A DNA stretch of 63,863 bases, the filler included, from Bipalium vagum (lineage: Eukaryota): NCBI GenBank assembly GCA_037834085.1. It is 3 parts of 3 records of this genome, joined end to end, with 100 filler letters (N's around TTAATTAATTAA, not from the genome) between each part and the next. Parts side by side here need not be neighbours in the genome. Positions count along the whole stretch, not along the records: positions 1 to 21,397 come from JBBMKC010238223.1; 2 more parts are not named here. One strand, written 5' to 3'. Under the pieces are notes generated by a model. The model made no database searches. It saw nothing but the letters and a program-made list of their open reading frames with translations, and had not been told where the DNA came from. A program made the translations under genes and the position numbers. This document shows positions 1-13,459 of the stretch, piece after piece; positions within the stretch are counted from its first letter, which is position 1; every line of letters starts with the position of its first letter.

Positions 1-66
<66 letters not shown>
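1..66 (+). repeat. (TAA)n microsatellite at contig start
   Basis: About 22 perfect TAA units; the same repeat also occurs internally at several places. Confidence 0.98.
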
Positions 67-68
<2 letters not shown>

Positions 69-1479
69 TAGACAATAAAATAAAAATATCTGGCAAACTG
101 CCTTAATAAAAAATATTTTTTCCATTAAAATTAATGGTTCTCAATTTCAGTTATATTTAGAGAAAGTGAAATTTTGGTTCAATAGAACCTAAGTTTAAAT
201 GACATAAAAAGTATGATTAGAAAAATTGTGAAATAATCATTACTTAGCTTAAAAGTTCTATTTTGGTGAGGCAAGGCTACTTTTTTCCTTTTTAATGGTG
301 TGTTTCTTAAGGAATACACATCAAACGTATTTAAGTATATCCTTTATATAAGAGGCAGCAAAAGTAGGTATACAGTAATGAAAAAGAGAAAACACCATAT
401 GGACATCTATTTTTGAGACATTGTTGAAGATATGATTCAGTTCCTTTTGGAAGCTTGTCAAGAAATTGATTGTCAGTTTGAGAACCTGATGGATTAGAAC
501 GTCTTATCATATGTTCTTCATATTATAGGAGCTTCTAATCATTTGTTTAGGCGACATTAGTTTGTTTGTATAATAAATGTAATAAATATACTTATCCGTG
601 CTTTTTCTTTTTTTATCACTGTATACATACTTTTGTACCTTCATGTACATGTATATTAAAAATTTTTATATAAACCAAAAGATATTCAAGAAAAGACGTA
701 AAAAACATTATTATTCAAATGGAGGCAGCTAAAATATTATTATTTTTCGATATTAAAAATCTGCCGGAATTGGTTGAAATCATTTCTAACAAAAACTATC
801 GAATACAATGATGAAGATGCTCCCTGTCAAAAATAAGCTTATAAGTTTTCAAACAGTTTTAATTAGAGCTACTTAAATTGAAATATGTATTCATCAAAAC
901 CTTTTGAATAATATTACTGAATTTTATTCCACTTAAATCTTGGTAAATTGTTAATGAACTTCTCAAAACTTTTCTTCTATCATGCTCAATATTTCATTCA
1001 TTCTTCTATGTTTTAATAATACAAGTTTTATTTACAGAAAATGAATTGGTCGCTTGGTTATCTGAGAAAAGAAAAGTCAAATCTAAAATGTTTAAAGATA
1101 GTTTTAGGAGTTGAGACCAGGAAAGGTAAACCACAAAGATTCAGCACAATAAATAAAAAATATTTCAATATGCGTCTCACTTTCTCAATATTTCAATTAT
1201 CAAGCAGATAGTGTTTATAATGGTCTAGAAAACTTGATGGGTCCATGCCAAGACCCGGTTGTCCTCTATGAACCTTGCCTACTCTTATGTGGAACTAGCT
1301 GCCTGGCAAACAAATGGGAGTAGTTGAGTTTGACCACAGTTGTGGTTGTCTTTAACAAATGAAATACAACAAATTTAAATAATTCAATTGATTAAAATGC
1401 GCTTAATTAAAAAGAATAATTTCACTTTATACTGATATTTTCTGGAATGAATATATTTCACTTAGATAAATTATTTTCG

Positions 1480-2470
1480 GTCGATTTAAACTGATTTTAG
1501 GGGTCTTTATCTAAAATATTCAGTAAATCTACGAATCCATCGGATATAGTTCAAATATAAAAAAATAAAGAGGAAATTCCAATGTCAAAGACAGGACATC
1601 AGGATCAGATTATTTTAGGATTTCTTCAAAAGGAGCTAAGTAAACACCCCACGCAATGTGAAGCATTAATCAAGAACCGCTTTTAAAATGGTGTCCATAA
1701 TAAATATCAGTCACACAAATTATCAACGTTAATGAATGTAGATCTTATTGGAATATTAACTTATTCGTTTCTTTTAATAAAAAATATAAAGAGATTTAAT
1801 TAAAGAATTACATCGAATTCATTGAACTACAGCTTAAAGATGTTATCGTAAAAAGTTTTCCTTTCTGCATATTTTCTGTTGATTTTCAATCTTGTAAATA
1901 TTTAATAACTTTATTATATTAATAACAAGCTTCATGAGCCTAATAAAAGATTTCAATCAATTTTGTGAGTTGTAAATTTTAGGAGATTTTCAGACCTTTC
2001 GAAATAGAATGGTTCACAGAGAAGGACTAAGGCACATTGAACCTGGATTTCATTCCAAATTCTTCAGAAATTTCTCTCGAATATTCAAGTTGTTCAAAAC
2101 TGCGTCTGATACACGTACTACAAATCTATCACGAAAGTTGTCTTAAATAGATTTCTTGTGTTGTCTGGATTTTAAAGCCCTTCTTTGAAGCACTCTTCCT
2201 TTAATTCATATCTTAAAAAAATTTTAATATCTGAAACCACCAGTTCTTCTTTTGTCAATGATGAGCATAAAATTCACATCAAAAAACAAAATTAGATATT
2301 TCAATTACACCTGAAACTGTTCTAACACTTACTCTAAGATTAGTGGCAGTCTCTTGAACTGTTGAACGTGGGTTTTTTTGAACTAATTATTGTAAATATT
2401 CATTTTGATGACGCTATTTTGTCTATCACGTTCTTAATTTTTTTTAGATTTGTCTCCCTCCATGAACACA
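1480..2470 (-). mobile_element. Heavily decayed Tc1-like transposase remnant(s) inside the ENaC intron
   Basis: Minus-strand fragments resembling GR..K..ERDR, KNPRSTVQETATNLR, AWGV and DPK; many stops and frameshifts. Confidence 0.4.
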
Positions 2471-3501
2471 AGCATTATTTCAAAAAGATCATCTGATGTT
2501 TTTAGTCCCTTGTATAGTCATATGGTCAAGTTTAACTTTATACAGAAAAATAGACTTAAAAACGCAGTCACTCATCCTAATGTAAAATAATTATAAAATT
2601 ATAATATAAATATCAAAATATCTTAAAAGAAACATTACTTTTTAAACTTTTAAACAAGCTATAAAACATTCAGATTAATGACCTCTTGATGATTAAAATT
2701 AGCTTAATAAAACAAATCATTAAAACGAAAGTTCATATTGAGCAACCTAATATTTCCATCCAAAGTAAAAATGTTTTCTTCTCAAAATGTTTAATTGGTG
2801 TCCATCTTTTATTTATATATTTATTTAAGAAAAAATATATAACACATTACGTTCAACCTTTTCTTATAATATTTATATAATTAAACAGAAGTGAAATGAA
2901 ATTAATTTAAAGATTATAATCTTTTTATTAATCAATTTTAGACAGTTATCAGAAAAGTTATCAATTATTTGATATTTTTAACCATTTGTTTAACGACAAT
3001 GGAAAAATTTTTTTTTCGTGAATACAATGAATATATATTCACAATTAAATCATTCAGGAAATGGTTAGAGTCTTGACAATATTATATTATATTTCTGAAT
3101 TATCCATTATACGATAAATAAAACCTAAAGATAGACCAAACCCATTATTAAAATAGATGTAATTATAATAATGATAATAAATTTTAAATAGATGAGTACT
3201 CAAAGTGCAATTAGAAAAGTTTAGAGCTAATTTTACTTTAATTTCTTTTAAATAAAATAAAATAAAAAATTATTATATTACATAAATAATGAATAAAAAA
3301 TATAAATACTTGAATAAATAATAAAAACGTTCCAATAAAAATATAATTTATTTAATTAAAAAAATTAATTAAATAATGATAATAAATAAATAAATATAAA
3401 ACAAAAATAATTATTTATATAATATTTATAATATGGGTTGTTTTGATAAATATATTAAAGTGATTTTATAACTAGATAAATTTATATGAAAATATAATTA
3501 C

Positions 3502-4300
3502 CGGGTTGGATATTGAAGCCATCTTTGTCTATATCTGGATACGTGTCTGATTCGTGCAATACAATCTTTAAGCCTTCACCTTTTTCAAGAATATCCATTA
3601 CGAAAGCATCTTTTAGTTCTGGAATTGAATATGAAGGGATTAATGAAGCAACAACAATCATTGAGCCAATATCGTGAAATTGTCCATCCGGTGATTTTTT
3701 TGGTTCAACAGTCCAACAGTTAAAGTAATTGCGATGAGAGAACATTCTAACGTTGAGATATTCGGAGAAGTCTGCGGTACAGTTTCTTGAAACCAGCTTC
3801 ATGTGATGGACATCAACGACACAAAATTGGAAAAATTCCTGTAAATGGCTGAGACTGATTGTTTCATTTATTGTGAGAGTCGTATAATAGTTTTGGACTT
3901 CATCTCTCAACACCATTGTATCAAACATTTGAGGAGTGGTTTTGTTTAAATTAAATAAGCTTAAGTTAATCAACCTGTTAGTAAATTGAGTTGGAGTTTT
4001 TATCCTTTTCGAACTCCACAACTCTTTGGCTTTCAAAGAAAATGGATTATGAGAGCACATAGTAATGGCTGGAAAAAGACTCTCGTCCTCAAGCTTTGTA
4101 CTTGTATGCCATGCAGTGTAATAACCAAGATATTCCTTCACAAGTAATACTATTGTCACCAACAAAATCAAAGTCGTTGTAAAAACAAATCCAACCCACA
4201 GAACTTTCAAAAATTGGGTTTGAGCCTTATGAATCTTTTGCATACCACGGATTGAGGAGGTGGCACAGAAAACGGAAAAGATATCATTTGAGTTCAACAT
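3502..4300 (-). CDS. DEG/ENaC (amiloride-sensitive sodium channel family) subunit, first coding exon; gene incomplete in window
   Basis: ORF 3482..4300 has FCATSSIRG (HG-motif position), TM1 (VLWVGFVFTTTLILLVTIVLLVKEYL), post-TM1 FPAITMCSHNPF, YFNCWT and GLKIVLH..YP....GFNIQPG. A phase-1 GT donor (CCC G|gtaatt) lies at 3501-3500; the last ORF residues are intron read-through. Confidence 0.92.
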
Positions 4301-4420
4301 TTAAGATAATTCTGGGGACAGAGCTTGGTAATAATGATGTACAGTTTTAAACCCTTAAAAAGATTTCATATTAATCTAAATAATAATAACCAATGTAAAA
4401 CAATTTCAAATACCACAGAG

Positions 4421-4428
4421 TATATATA
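4421..4428 (-). promoter_or_regulatory. Possible TATA box of the DEG/ENaC gene
   Basis: TATATATA about 120 bp upstream of the ATG at 4300; weak evidence in an AT-rich genome. Confidence 0.3.
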
Positions 4429-5523
4429 CCGTATTTCAATAAAAACCGCGTTCTTTATATTCTTATTTTATCTTATGTTTTTTCATCAACTGTTCATGTA
4501 ACAAATTTCTTTTTATTAAATCAAATATTATAAAGTCAATTAGTGCAGGTTGTTTTAATATTAATATCATAGCAAAAAATTTAAATATAAATATGATTCG
4601 CTGTTTTAACGGCGAACGAATTTTCTGTGGTGAGTGGCTGCGGAGAAGTTAAACGTTTAAGATGAATTCAAGAAATCGGTCCGGAATACAGAAGAAACCA
4701 GCATGAAGGAATTTCAAGAATTTTAGATTCAGGAAGACCAAATGAACAAATGACCGATAAAAATATAAACAGAGTGAAACAAATTTATGATGAAGACTGT
4801 AATTTGTCCATTAGGGCAATCATTTATCGAACCATAACTCAAAAGCTGCTGTTAACATGTCTCCATATCCTTCGAATAACAGGATAACAATCTTCAGAGA
4901 GTAGATGCATCAAAAGAGCTTTTCCGAAATCTCTAAGATCATACTGAGGTTGTTAACGAAAAATGGGTGCATAGTGAATCCTACAATCTCAACAAAATGA
5001 TACATATTGAGAAGTACCGGATCATGAGCAGCCAACAAAGAGCACGTGAAAGAATATAAATGTCCCATAATTTCTGCTTTCATGTTTTAGAGCATAATCG
5101 GTCCATTAATGCTGGACGCTCTGTTAAATTTCTGCAGACGATTTTAGATATCGGAAAAACTATTCGTTTGTATCTAATGCATGACAATGATCGTTCTCAT
5201 ACGGCTATAATGACATAAGTATTATGTGAGTCATGTGGAAATAAATTTCTAAGGCAACCATCTTAGTCGCCAGGTATGAACTTATTTTTTCGTATTTGAC
5301 ATTAGGAAAACGTAGTTTTCCAATATTTATTGCCTTTCAGAATGTGAACAATAAAATAACAAAATTTATGCTGTCTATAGAGTTGGATCACCTGAAAAGC
5401 ATCTGCAAGACGTAATTGAGGAAAATGTGAATTATATTTAACTTTTTTTTTGAATAAATATTTTTGATTTTTTCACTTGGAAACTTAACTATAAAAAACG
5501 TGGTTTTTCTGAAACAACCTGTA
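4427..5523 (+). mobile_element. Decayed mariner element (~1.1 kb) with both TIRs
   Basis: Left end taccgtatttcaataaaaaccgcg matches the reverse complement of right end cgtggtttttctgaaacaacctgta. Internal fragments SGRPNEQMTDKNINRVKQI, NEKWVH, MHDNDRSHTA, QPS*SPGMN. Confidence 0.85.
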
Positions 5524-6357
5524 CATTGATAATTGCCATTATGTACACCAAATGTTCATAATTAATAAAAATCGTAAATAAATAAATAATATATATATTT
5601 GAGACTTAATTTATTAAATACCAATTTAATTTATGCAGAAATTTCATAAGTTGAATGAATAAAATAATTCTGTCCAGGGGAGAAAATTTACGCTTGATTT
5701 ATCAATTTGATTGAAAATTTCCAGCCTAAAAACTTGTATTTTTCATTTCAGTAATTAAACACTTTAGAAATTAAAACCGTTTCTGCTAAGGAACCCCTTT
5801 AATTTATTAAAATGCTCAAAAACAATTTATCAGTGCAATAGATTCTCAGATATCCACACTTGAAAAACGGGACAGTGTCACGAAACAAAAGCTTCTCTGG
5901 TACCTTATTAAATTGTTTGGACGATTTATTTTATTCAAAACTAAAGTAATGCTATACACAAGGGTTTGTGATCTTTGTTCATAAAAAATAATCAATGATT
6001 ATTATAAATTATTAAATAGTCTGTATTTTGATCAATATTTCACATTTGCGTTAATAATAATGATTATTTTTTATTATTCACACAATATTAAGTAATATTT
6101 TTTTCTCTAAATTTGAAAAAAATGATAATTTTGATGAGAAAATAATTAATTTTTTTAAAATTAAAATATAATATAATAATATTCAATTCAATTTAAAGAA
6201 TCGAAACATTACTCTTTTATGGAAACCAAAATGTAAAAATGATACCCAATGCAAATTAATACGAATTAAAACATTTCATTTATGTTATTTTTTTATTAAT
6301 TATAATAATAATAATATGTATGAATTAGTTTGAAAAAAATTTCGGGGCCTTGAGTAA

Positions 6358-6632
6358 TACGTAGTTCAGTCGAAAAGTTTCAGGGGTGACACACAAACAG
6401 CATATACTTATTATAATAATTAACATAATTGCTTTTCGAATTATTCACCGTCACAATCTATACATTTTTGCATTCTGTCAAGCCAGTCATTGAAACATTT
6501 ATTCCAATTCGAAGTTATTATTAGATAAAAGTAATATAGAATTATAATAACGTACTTTATGATTACATTTTTTATTTTTAAATAAAACTTTCCATATTCT
6601 CCATTCCCGAAACTTTTCGACTGCCTTAGGTA
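6358..6632 (-). mobile_element. Mariner-derived MITE / deletion derivative (275 bp)
   Basis: TIRs cagtcgaaaagtttcagg and cccgaaacttttcgactg with TA at both ends; inside, transposase C-terminus WNKCFNDWLDRMQKCIDCDGE. Confidence 0.85.
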
Positions 6633-6749
6633 TAAATAAATAATTTCTTTGCTCTTGTTGACTATAAATTCTTAATATTCAAGAAAAAATGAAGAAATAG
6701 ATTTCATTTGAAAAGATGATCAAAAACTATAATTGGTTTATTTATTTTC

Positions 6750-7050
6750 AAGAAAAATATCTTCATGTAACTGAAGTGTCTGTGACAGAACTGATTTCTA
6801 TCAAATTTATCCGTCGATCATGGAACACCATATTATGTATTTTTTGAATGATTTGTGGTCTTGTCGCATGTTTCCGGGTTCTCTGTGTGGATCATCATTA
6901 ATCATCGTATGACCACGTCAGAACTACAAAGCTCATCTGCGAACTTTTTCATCTTTTTCTACTTTGATCATCTTTTCATGGATTTCTAATGTGAATCATC
7001 CTACAAGGACAAAGAATTTTATGATCCCATGATAATCAATTTTTCCATTT
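6750..7050 (-). mobile_element. Mariner transposase N-terminal (HTH) remnant, irritans-like
   Basis: MEKIDYHGIIKFFVL...EIHEKM...NDDPH...IIQKIHNMVFHDRR, with frameshifts. Confidence 0.75.
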
Positions 7051-7439
7051 CACAATTAATGATATCAAGTCAAATAGAAATATGTAATTAAAACAAATGA
7101 CTTAACCTATTCAATTATTACACTTTTAAAATTGATTATTTAAACAAATATCATTTCTAAACCTATATAAAATTACTTTAGATATTCAGATATTTTAAAT
7201 AAATTGTGATTTTGAATTTATTACAAATAAAAAACGTTATTGGTTATTTTAATTTAGACCCTAATTAGTACAATCTGGTAATAATTAACTAAGAGAAAAC
7301 ATTTCTTGATAATCTGTCATTCATTTTTCAAATTTAGAGAGGTCAGTAGCTTAAAAAATTTAAAAAGGGAACTATTCACATCATAAAACCTTATTTGTCT
7401 TTTATACAGGTTTTTAAAATAATTATTTTCCTTTCAAAT

Positions 7440-7870
7440 ATTGCAGTAGTTTTCAACCCGGTCTTTGAAAAGCCGGTTAAATAGCTATTCCAAATCTGCT
7501 GAGATCTGGAAAGACTAAGACGATATAAAATATATAATTTTTTCATTTTTGAGGAATACATTCTATTGAAATTCTTTAAATAATCTTTAAAGTATGTTTC
7601 TTACATCAAAGATATTTGCTTTAATCTTTCTTTCAGACAAATGATCTTTTGAAAAAAGTCTAACAATGGATTTTTTTTTCTTGGGGATGATTTACAGTTT
7701 TTCTCAGATTCTACTTTCAATTTAGACTGTTCATTCTTCAAAAGTTTATAAATTATTGACGAAATTTCTTTTCTTTTCTTTCTCAGTTGCATTTACGTAA
7801 AATCCTCAATATCATAAGTATCCAAATTTCTTTTTTTCAAACTAATGGGTCAGATGTTCTGCTCATCATA
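7440..7870 (-). mobile_element. Possible hAT transposase C-terminal (dimerisation domain) remnant
   Basis: VFPDLSRFGIAI*PA resembles the hAT FPxL..LA..L.IPA motif, downstream of ORF 7601..7792. Confidence 0.35.
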
Positions 7871-9039
7871 AGAATGTCAAAAGAAATAAAATAAATTTTT
7901 TAATAAAAAATTTGAATAACTTTTTTGTGTATTATTAAAATTGTGATAAGTTTGATTTTTAGAAAATTAACTATTTAATATTTTGTTTTAATTTTAATTT
8001 AAAATTATAATTTTTATGAAAATCTCCCAGGCATTGAACGTAACAGATTATTTATATTTATTTTTAAATTTTTTCATTAAAAGAAAACATTTTATATTTT
8101 CATCAAATTATTTAAGGAAAACTTTTCTGTAAAATAAAGCTCTTGTAACGAAGATTTATGAATGCGCTTCATTTGTAAATAAAGAGACCTCGTTAGAAGC
8201 ACAATACGTTCATTCTTCATAATAATTCATACTCGAAACTTTAAAATGAGATACAAGATAAATCGTTAATGATTATGAGAAAATATGTAACGATGGAGTT
8301 TACATTAATTCGAGAAATATTAATAAATTATAGATTAATTTGAGTTCTTAACGAAGTTCGATGAAATGCAAAAACTAAAGCGCAGTGTAGATTGATATTT
8401 TGTAACATTTATTTTTCTATAACATTAAAAATATTATTATTATTATTCTCCAAGAATTTTATCATTAAAATTTATAAAATTCAACATAGGAGAACTTTAG
8501 ATTTTACATTGATACAGTTTTCTTGATCCTATTCCTAATTGATTAATACTCACCTAAATTTCTTTATTAGATATTGTGTAGATTTCTGTGTTGTAATAAT
8601 TTTGACTCAGATTATTAACCAAGCCGCTAATCTGACTTATCACTAGTCGGTTTTGTCCTTAACCAAGCTAAAATCTTCGATGATACATCTAGAACAACTT
8701 GTTAATTGCATGATTCTAGGCGCAATTCAATAGTTAATGTGTAAATAAAGTTGACTTCTTTACTAGGATCAACAAAAACCTAAATTATGTGCAGTAGGTT
8801 ACGAAAATATGGTTATGTTACGAGCATTACGTTTTAAAATGTTCATTAAAAATAACCATATTAGAACACCTAAGCAAACATCACTTGAAGACGATGTTTT
8901 AGATGATAATTCAAAAATATAAATATTTTTCTAAATAGATGGGAATCAGATGACTATATATTGCATGTGATAAGATTACAATATATGAACTGTTAATTTT
9001 TGTTTGCGCCATAGCAGGTGTATGCAAGCTAGTAATCCT

Positions 9040-9560
9040 TTGTGATTTACATTTTCAAATTCATCTTTCTGATTCAAATGCTTTGTCATCTCTGGGTTGT
9101 TGTAGTAAATCCACTTTTCGTTACATGTTACAATTCGTTTTAGGAAAAGATTATCGTGAGGATTTTTCAAAAGTTGACAGCAAATATTCAATCGTCTATT
9201 TGGTGTTCTTGTATTAATCAGTGAATTATTAACTAGTCCCGGCTGTTGCAAATGTCCTAATAATATTTCTTTAGAACCATCAATTTCTACTGATAATTTT
9301 TTATATTTGACGATGGAGTAGTTTCTAAAACGATTATCTTTGTCTCGGAATCAAGAGAACATATTCAACTTATTCAGCTTCTCCTCCAGGTCCAAATCAC
9401 CACTTAGAAATTTTAGAAGCATTTATATGTCATTCTTTTGTAAAGAGAATATTCTCCTTTGGTTTTCAAAATATTTCGAATATCCATAACATCAGTATAA
9501 TCGAATTGGAAGTCATACAAAAATAATCTTCAAGCTAGATTTTTCATGAAAAATATAATT
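9040..9560 (-). mobile_element. Mariner transposase remnant
   Basis: RRLNICCQLLKNPHDNLFLKRIVTCNEKWIYYNNP (first catalytic D region) with upstream LYDFQ and FLSGDLDLEEK. Confidence 0.88.
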
Positions 9561-11289
9561 ATCTAAAATAATATGAAAAAATATATCAATATTATAAAAA
9601 TAATGTTAGTTTACCAAATTTGAATCGTACACTGCCATTGAAGTAAAATAGGAGATTAAAACAAAAGTTTATTTAGGGTAAAACATAGTATAATAAGTAT
9701 AATTTGCAAAATTCTGGAAATTTAAGGATTCCCCTAATGTCATGAATTCACATAAATATTATAAAATGGTATTTACCATATCGTGGAATGTATTCTATAA
9801 TATTTATGATTTCTAAGAAATAACCCTTCAGAACTGAGTCCTTTACTGTGTGTAAGTGTTCCTCATGTGTAGAGCTGGGTGCATAAGCAAAGTCTTTTAA
9901 AAATTATAATGTCTAATTGATTTGGCATTTTGAAAAATGGTTGAAACTGTTCTTATAAAAATGATCAATCGCCTAATTATAAAGGTAATATCATAATTAA
10001 TGCTAAATATACACATGAATGTCGAAATAGACGGGAAGAAAACTGATACAGCCCTGTTTGTTATACCTGTTTAAAAAATAATTCCCGACAGTTTCTTACC
10101 ATAGACATACATCGGTCTATTTTTAAAATTAAAGTGAAAATTTATAAAAATGATTAAAGTTTCGTGGACCATAAGCTCCTAGTTCTCACTCAAGATAATT
10201 CTGATAAGAAATGAACTGATAGACTGTTACAGGTATTCATATTATGAAAACTAAACAGATAAGTAAGGAACAGGAAACCCTACAAGCATTATACCGAATA
10301 ACAATAATAACCTCTCAGGACCTTAATTCCATACATCATCTGGTTATATTATTTTACCACATTCAAAAAGTAATCAGTGCAATGTTGCTCATAAATTTAT
10401 AAGTTTTGTTTTTCTTACAAGAAATTGTTTTGAGCATTATTGTGACATACATACTGAAAATATTAACGAAATTTCAGATATATTTATTAATTAAGAATAG
10501 ACAATAATTGAGTGGAGACGGTAATTGGGTTGCATTAGACGTAATTTATTTTATAATTAATCAATATTGGAAGAATTATATCTTAATATCCTAATAAGTC
10601 TGAAGGATTTTCTAACGAAATGTGCAGAGCTTTTTTTTAATAAAAAGATCTTATTTTTTACCAAATAGTTATTACTTTTTTAAACCAATCTAAAATTATA
10701 TATTATGAAAATAATAATTATTAGTTTCAAACATTAATCCCTTCGAATTCAATTTGTTTTATTGTCAATAATCATGTATGGGATTATAATGAATGTGGAG
10801 AAATAAAAAAAAACTGATTCCATATCCGGAAGAAGTATATTCCTAAAAAATAATTGATTCTTTAATTATGAACAATATTATCACAAAGGTGTTGAGAGAA
10901 GTGTTTCGTGGACGCTTGGTTCAGTTTTAGGTCATTATATAAATAGAGAAGATCATATTTTTTCGAGTTTCAATAATAAAAAGTCAAAAGAAAATTATTG
11001 AATTCCAATACTGAATTCTTTAAAATCGACTTTTTTATCCCACATGTATATTCGGATCCCTGGTAAATGTTGTTGATCGAAGGTAAGCTGGTCAAGTGAT
11101 TAATGGATTTATTAGGTCTAGTGATAAATAATCTAAAGTTTTACTTTATAATATAAGTATTGCAATTGTTTTAACAAATCAGTTTAAATTTGATTTTCAG
11201 ATCAAATATTCAATTGGCAAATAGTTTCGAAAATAATAATGCAAAACCTTCAACAAGTTTCTTTCCGGAAACGTTCGATATGAGAATAG

Positions 11290-11845
11290 ATAAGATAAAC
11301 ATTAAGCATTGAATCATGTTTGAATTTCAAAAATGCAAAAATGTAACATGAGGATACGAATCAATTTGCTCAGTCCTTGACAAAGAAGTAATACGAATAA
11401 TGTGTTTTAGTTCAAACGCTTCAATAAAGGTGATTTTAATCTCATAAACAGATTACGTCCTAGTGGTTCTAGAACATGCATCAATGAAGATGCAAGTGGT
11501 GGAGCAAGTGCTGATCGATAATGCGGGCACAGGAACAGATAGGAGCTTGTAAAGAGTTTCTCAAAAACGTGTTTCAACATGAGATTGAAAGATCCAAAAA
11601 ACAGGAAAGTGGATCATACATAATCTAGCCAATCCAAGAAAAATGAACGTCTGACATTTTGTTTTTCACTTCTCAATGGACATTGTAAAAATAGTTTTTT
11701 GTGGAAAATGGTTATGGAAGTCCAAAAGGATCGCTAAGAAAATCCGAAACTCTGGAGAACCATAAAATCCATCTTAAAGTCAAATCGTTTTGGATATAAA
11801 ATAATGATCAGTATCTGGTGAGATATGGAGGGAGTGTTATATACA
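11290..11845 (+). mobile_element. Mariner remnant, Mos1/mauritiana-like
   Basis: GDFNL, KIQKTGKWIIHNL, ERLTFCFSLL, KSNRFGYKIMISIW*DMEGVL (compare Mos1 KIQKVGRWVPHEL and KPNRFGKKTMLCVWWDQSGVI). Confidence 0.85.
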
Positions 11846-13459
11846 GTGCAAATTCTGTGTCATGGTTTCTTAAATAAATTATTTATTGCCAGACCTCATG
11901 TTAATTATAAACAATATAATTGCCGAAGTTATTTTTGCACTTTAGTATTTTCGATTTTGCATAGCTTTTATTTTGGGATCAATTGGAACTAAATTTCAGA
12001 TAATCTGTGATAAATGTTATCTAGGAATGATTTCTGTTGAAATAGTGAAATTTAATTGTTAATTATAAGTTAATAATATATCAATTAAGAGGCCTAGCTG
12101 GTTCTCCTTTCATCAAACGTCGGATGTCTGACATTATAGGTTTATAGTTTTCATATAAATGTTAATTTTATAAGATGATTGTTGTTTACAGTTGTACATG
12201 TTCAATTTTATTCATGAAAATGTTAATTTGTTTTATTAATACTTATTAAATCATTTTTATGTATTTTTTAAAAAATTATTAAAGGCAGACAGACATTACA
12301 CAGAAACAGAAATCCCTCAAACCATTAGTAAACAGAATACCTATTCTTTTCCGTGGTTGAAATAAAGTAATATCTTTGTCTGTTAAAATACTAAATATTG
12401 ATTGTATTGATCTGTTCTAATTTATTTTTCATAGGTTACAAAAAAAATGTATAATAATAAAATTATTATCATTAAAAAAAATAATACTGTAATAAATTGT
12501 TTAAAACTATTTATCTTTTCTCAGATGAAAATCAACTTTGCAAGCGATATTTAAATTAGGAATAAAATAAAATGTCCACATTAAAATAATGGGCTTCCAT
12601 AATAGGCATTAATGTGAAAATATCTTTAAAAATAAAATTATGAATTAATTTATTGTGATAAATTTTTGGTTTTTTTTTTCAGAAATTTTAGCTCTGAACA
12701 TAATGGTCAATAATTTCGAACAATACTTGAAAGCCGACGAACGGAATTCTTCCTCTTGTGGTTATGCTTAAATAAATGTAAATATCCTTTGTCATATATG
12801 GAATAAATGGTTATTATCATGTTTATAGAATTAAAATATATACTTTGATTTTAAAATAAATAGAAAAATGAAATTTAAAGAAAAAAAAAATCAGGATTTC
12901 TTTCATTTATTAATTATTACAAAAATATATTGATTTTATTCACGTGGTTAAAATTTTATATTAAAAAATTTAAACAATTTTTTTCTTTAGGTTATTTTTT
13001 AGGTAAGCCGCGTAAAATATTTTAAAGTATCAAACAGTTTGGCACATCTAAAGCGATGTTCTCGATGCATATTCACGAATTCACGTGACGTTAACGACAT
13101 AGGGACAGTTCGACGTTTTCCGTTTTTAATTGCAGTCTTACTTGTCAGTACAAGTTTGAACTTTAAATTCGAAAATTATGTACAGATTTCATTTAAATAT
13201 CTTAATTTTAGAAAACGATTAGAAAACTAGGCTAAGATATCACAGTTATTATTCCGAAAGTTTATTATTTTCAACATTGTTTTGAAAGGACAATCAACCG
13301 ACCCTTAGAGTTTGTTCGTCTTTAGATGCATCTAACTGACCATCCAATGGGTGGTTGAATTCTCTTTTCGGCTTAGAGTTCAATATTTAATAATTTTTCA
13401 AAATACAAATCATGTAAAAATAACAAAGATAAAGATATTCACAGATTTCGTTTGGGTCA

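Noticed and set aside
2686-2880. Short AT-rich ORFs (also 28382, 35513, 46733, 51087, 57068, 58130, 58362, 60889, 61036 and similar)
   Set aside because: I/K/F/L/N-biased chance frames or antisense to TE remnants; many start at non-ATG codons, which is not expected in this eukaryotic DNA.
1-3480. Downstream ENaC exons (Cys-rich domain, TM2)
   Set aside because: No Cys-rich or GxS/TM2-coding segment found; they probably lie beyond the contig start.
9840-11150. piggyBac remnants (QCNVA...RNCFEHY)
   Set aside because: Only a few residues match; not enough to call.
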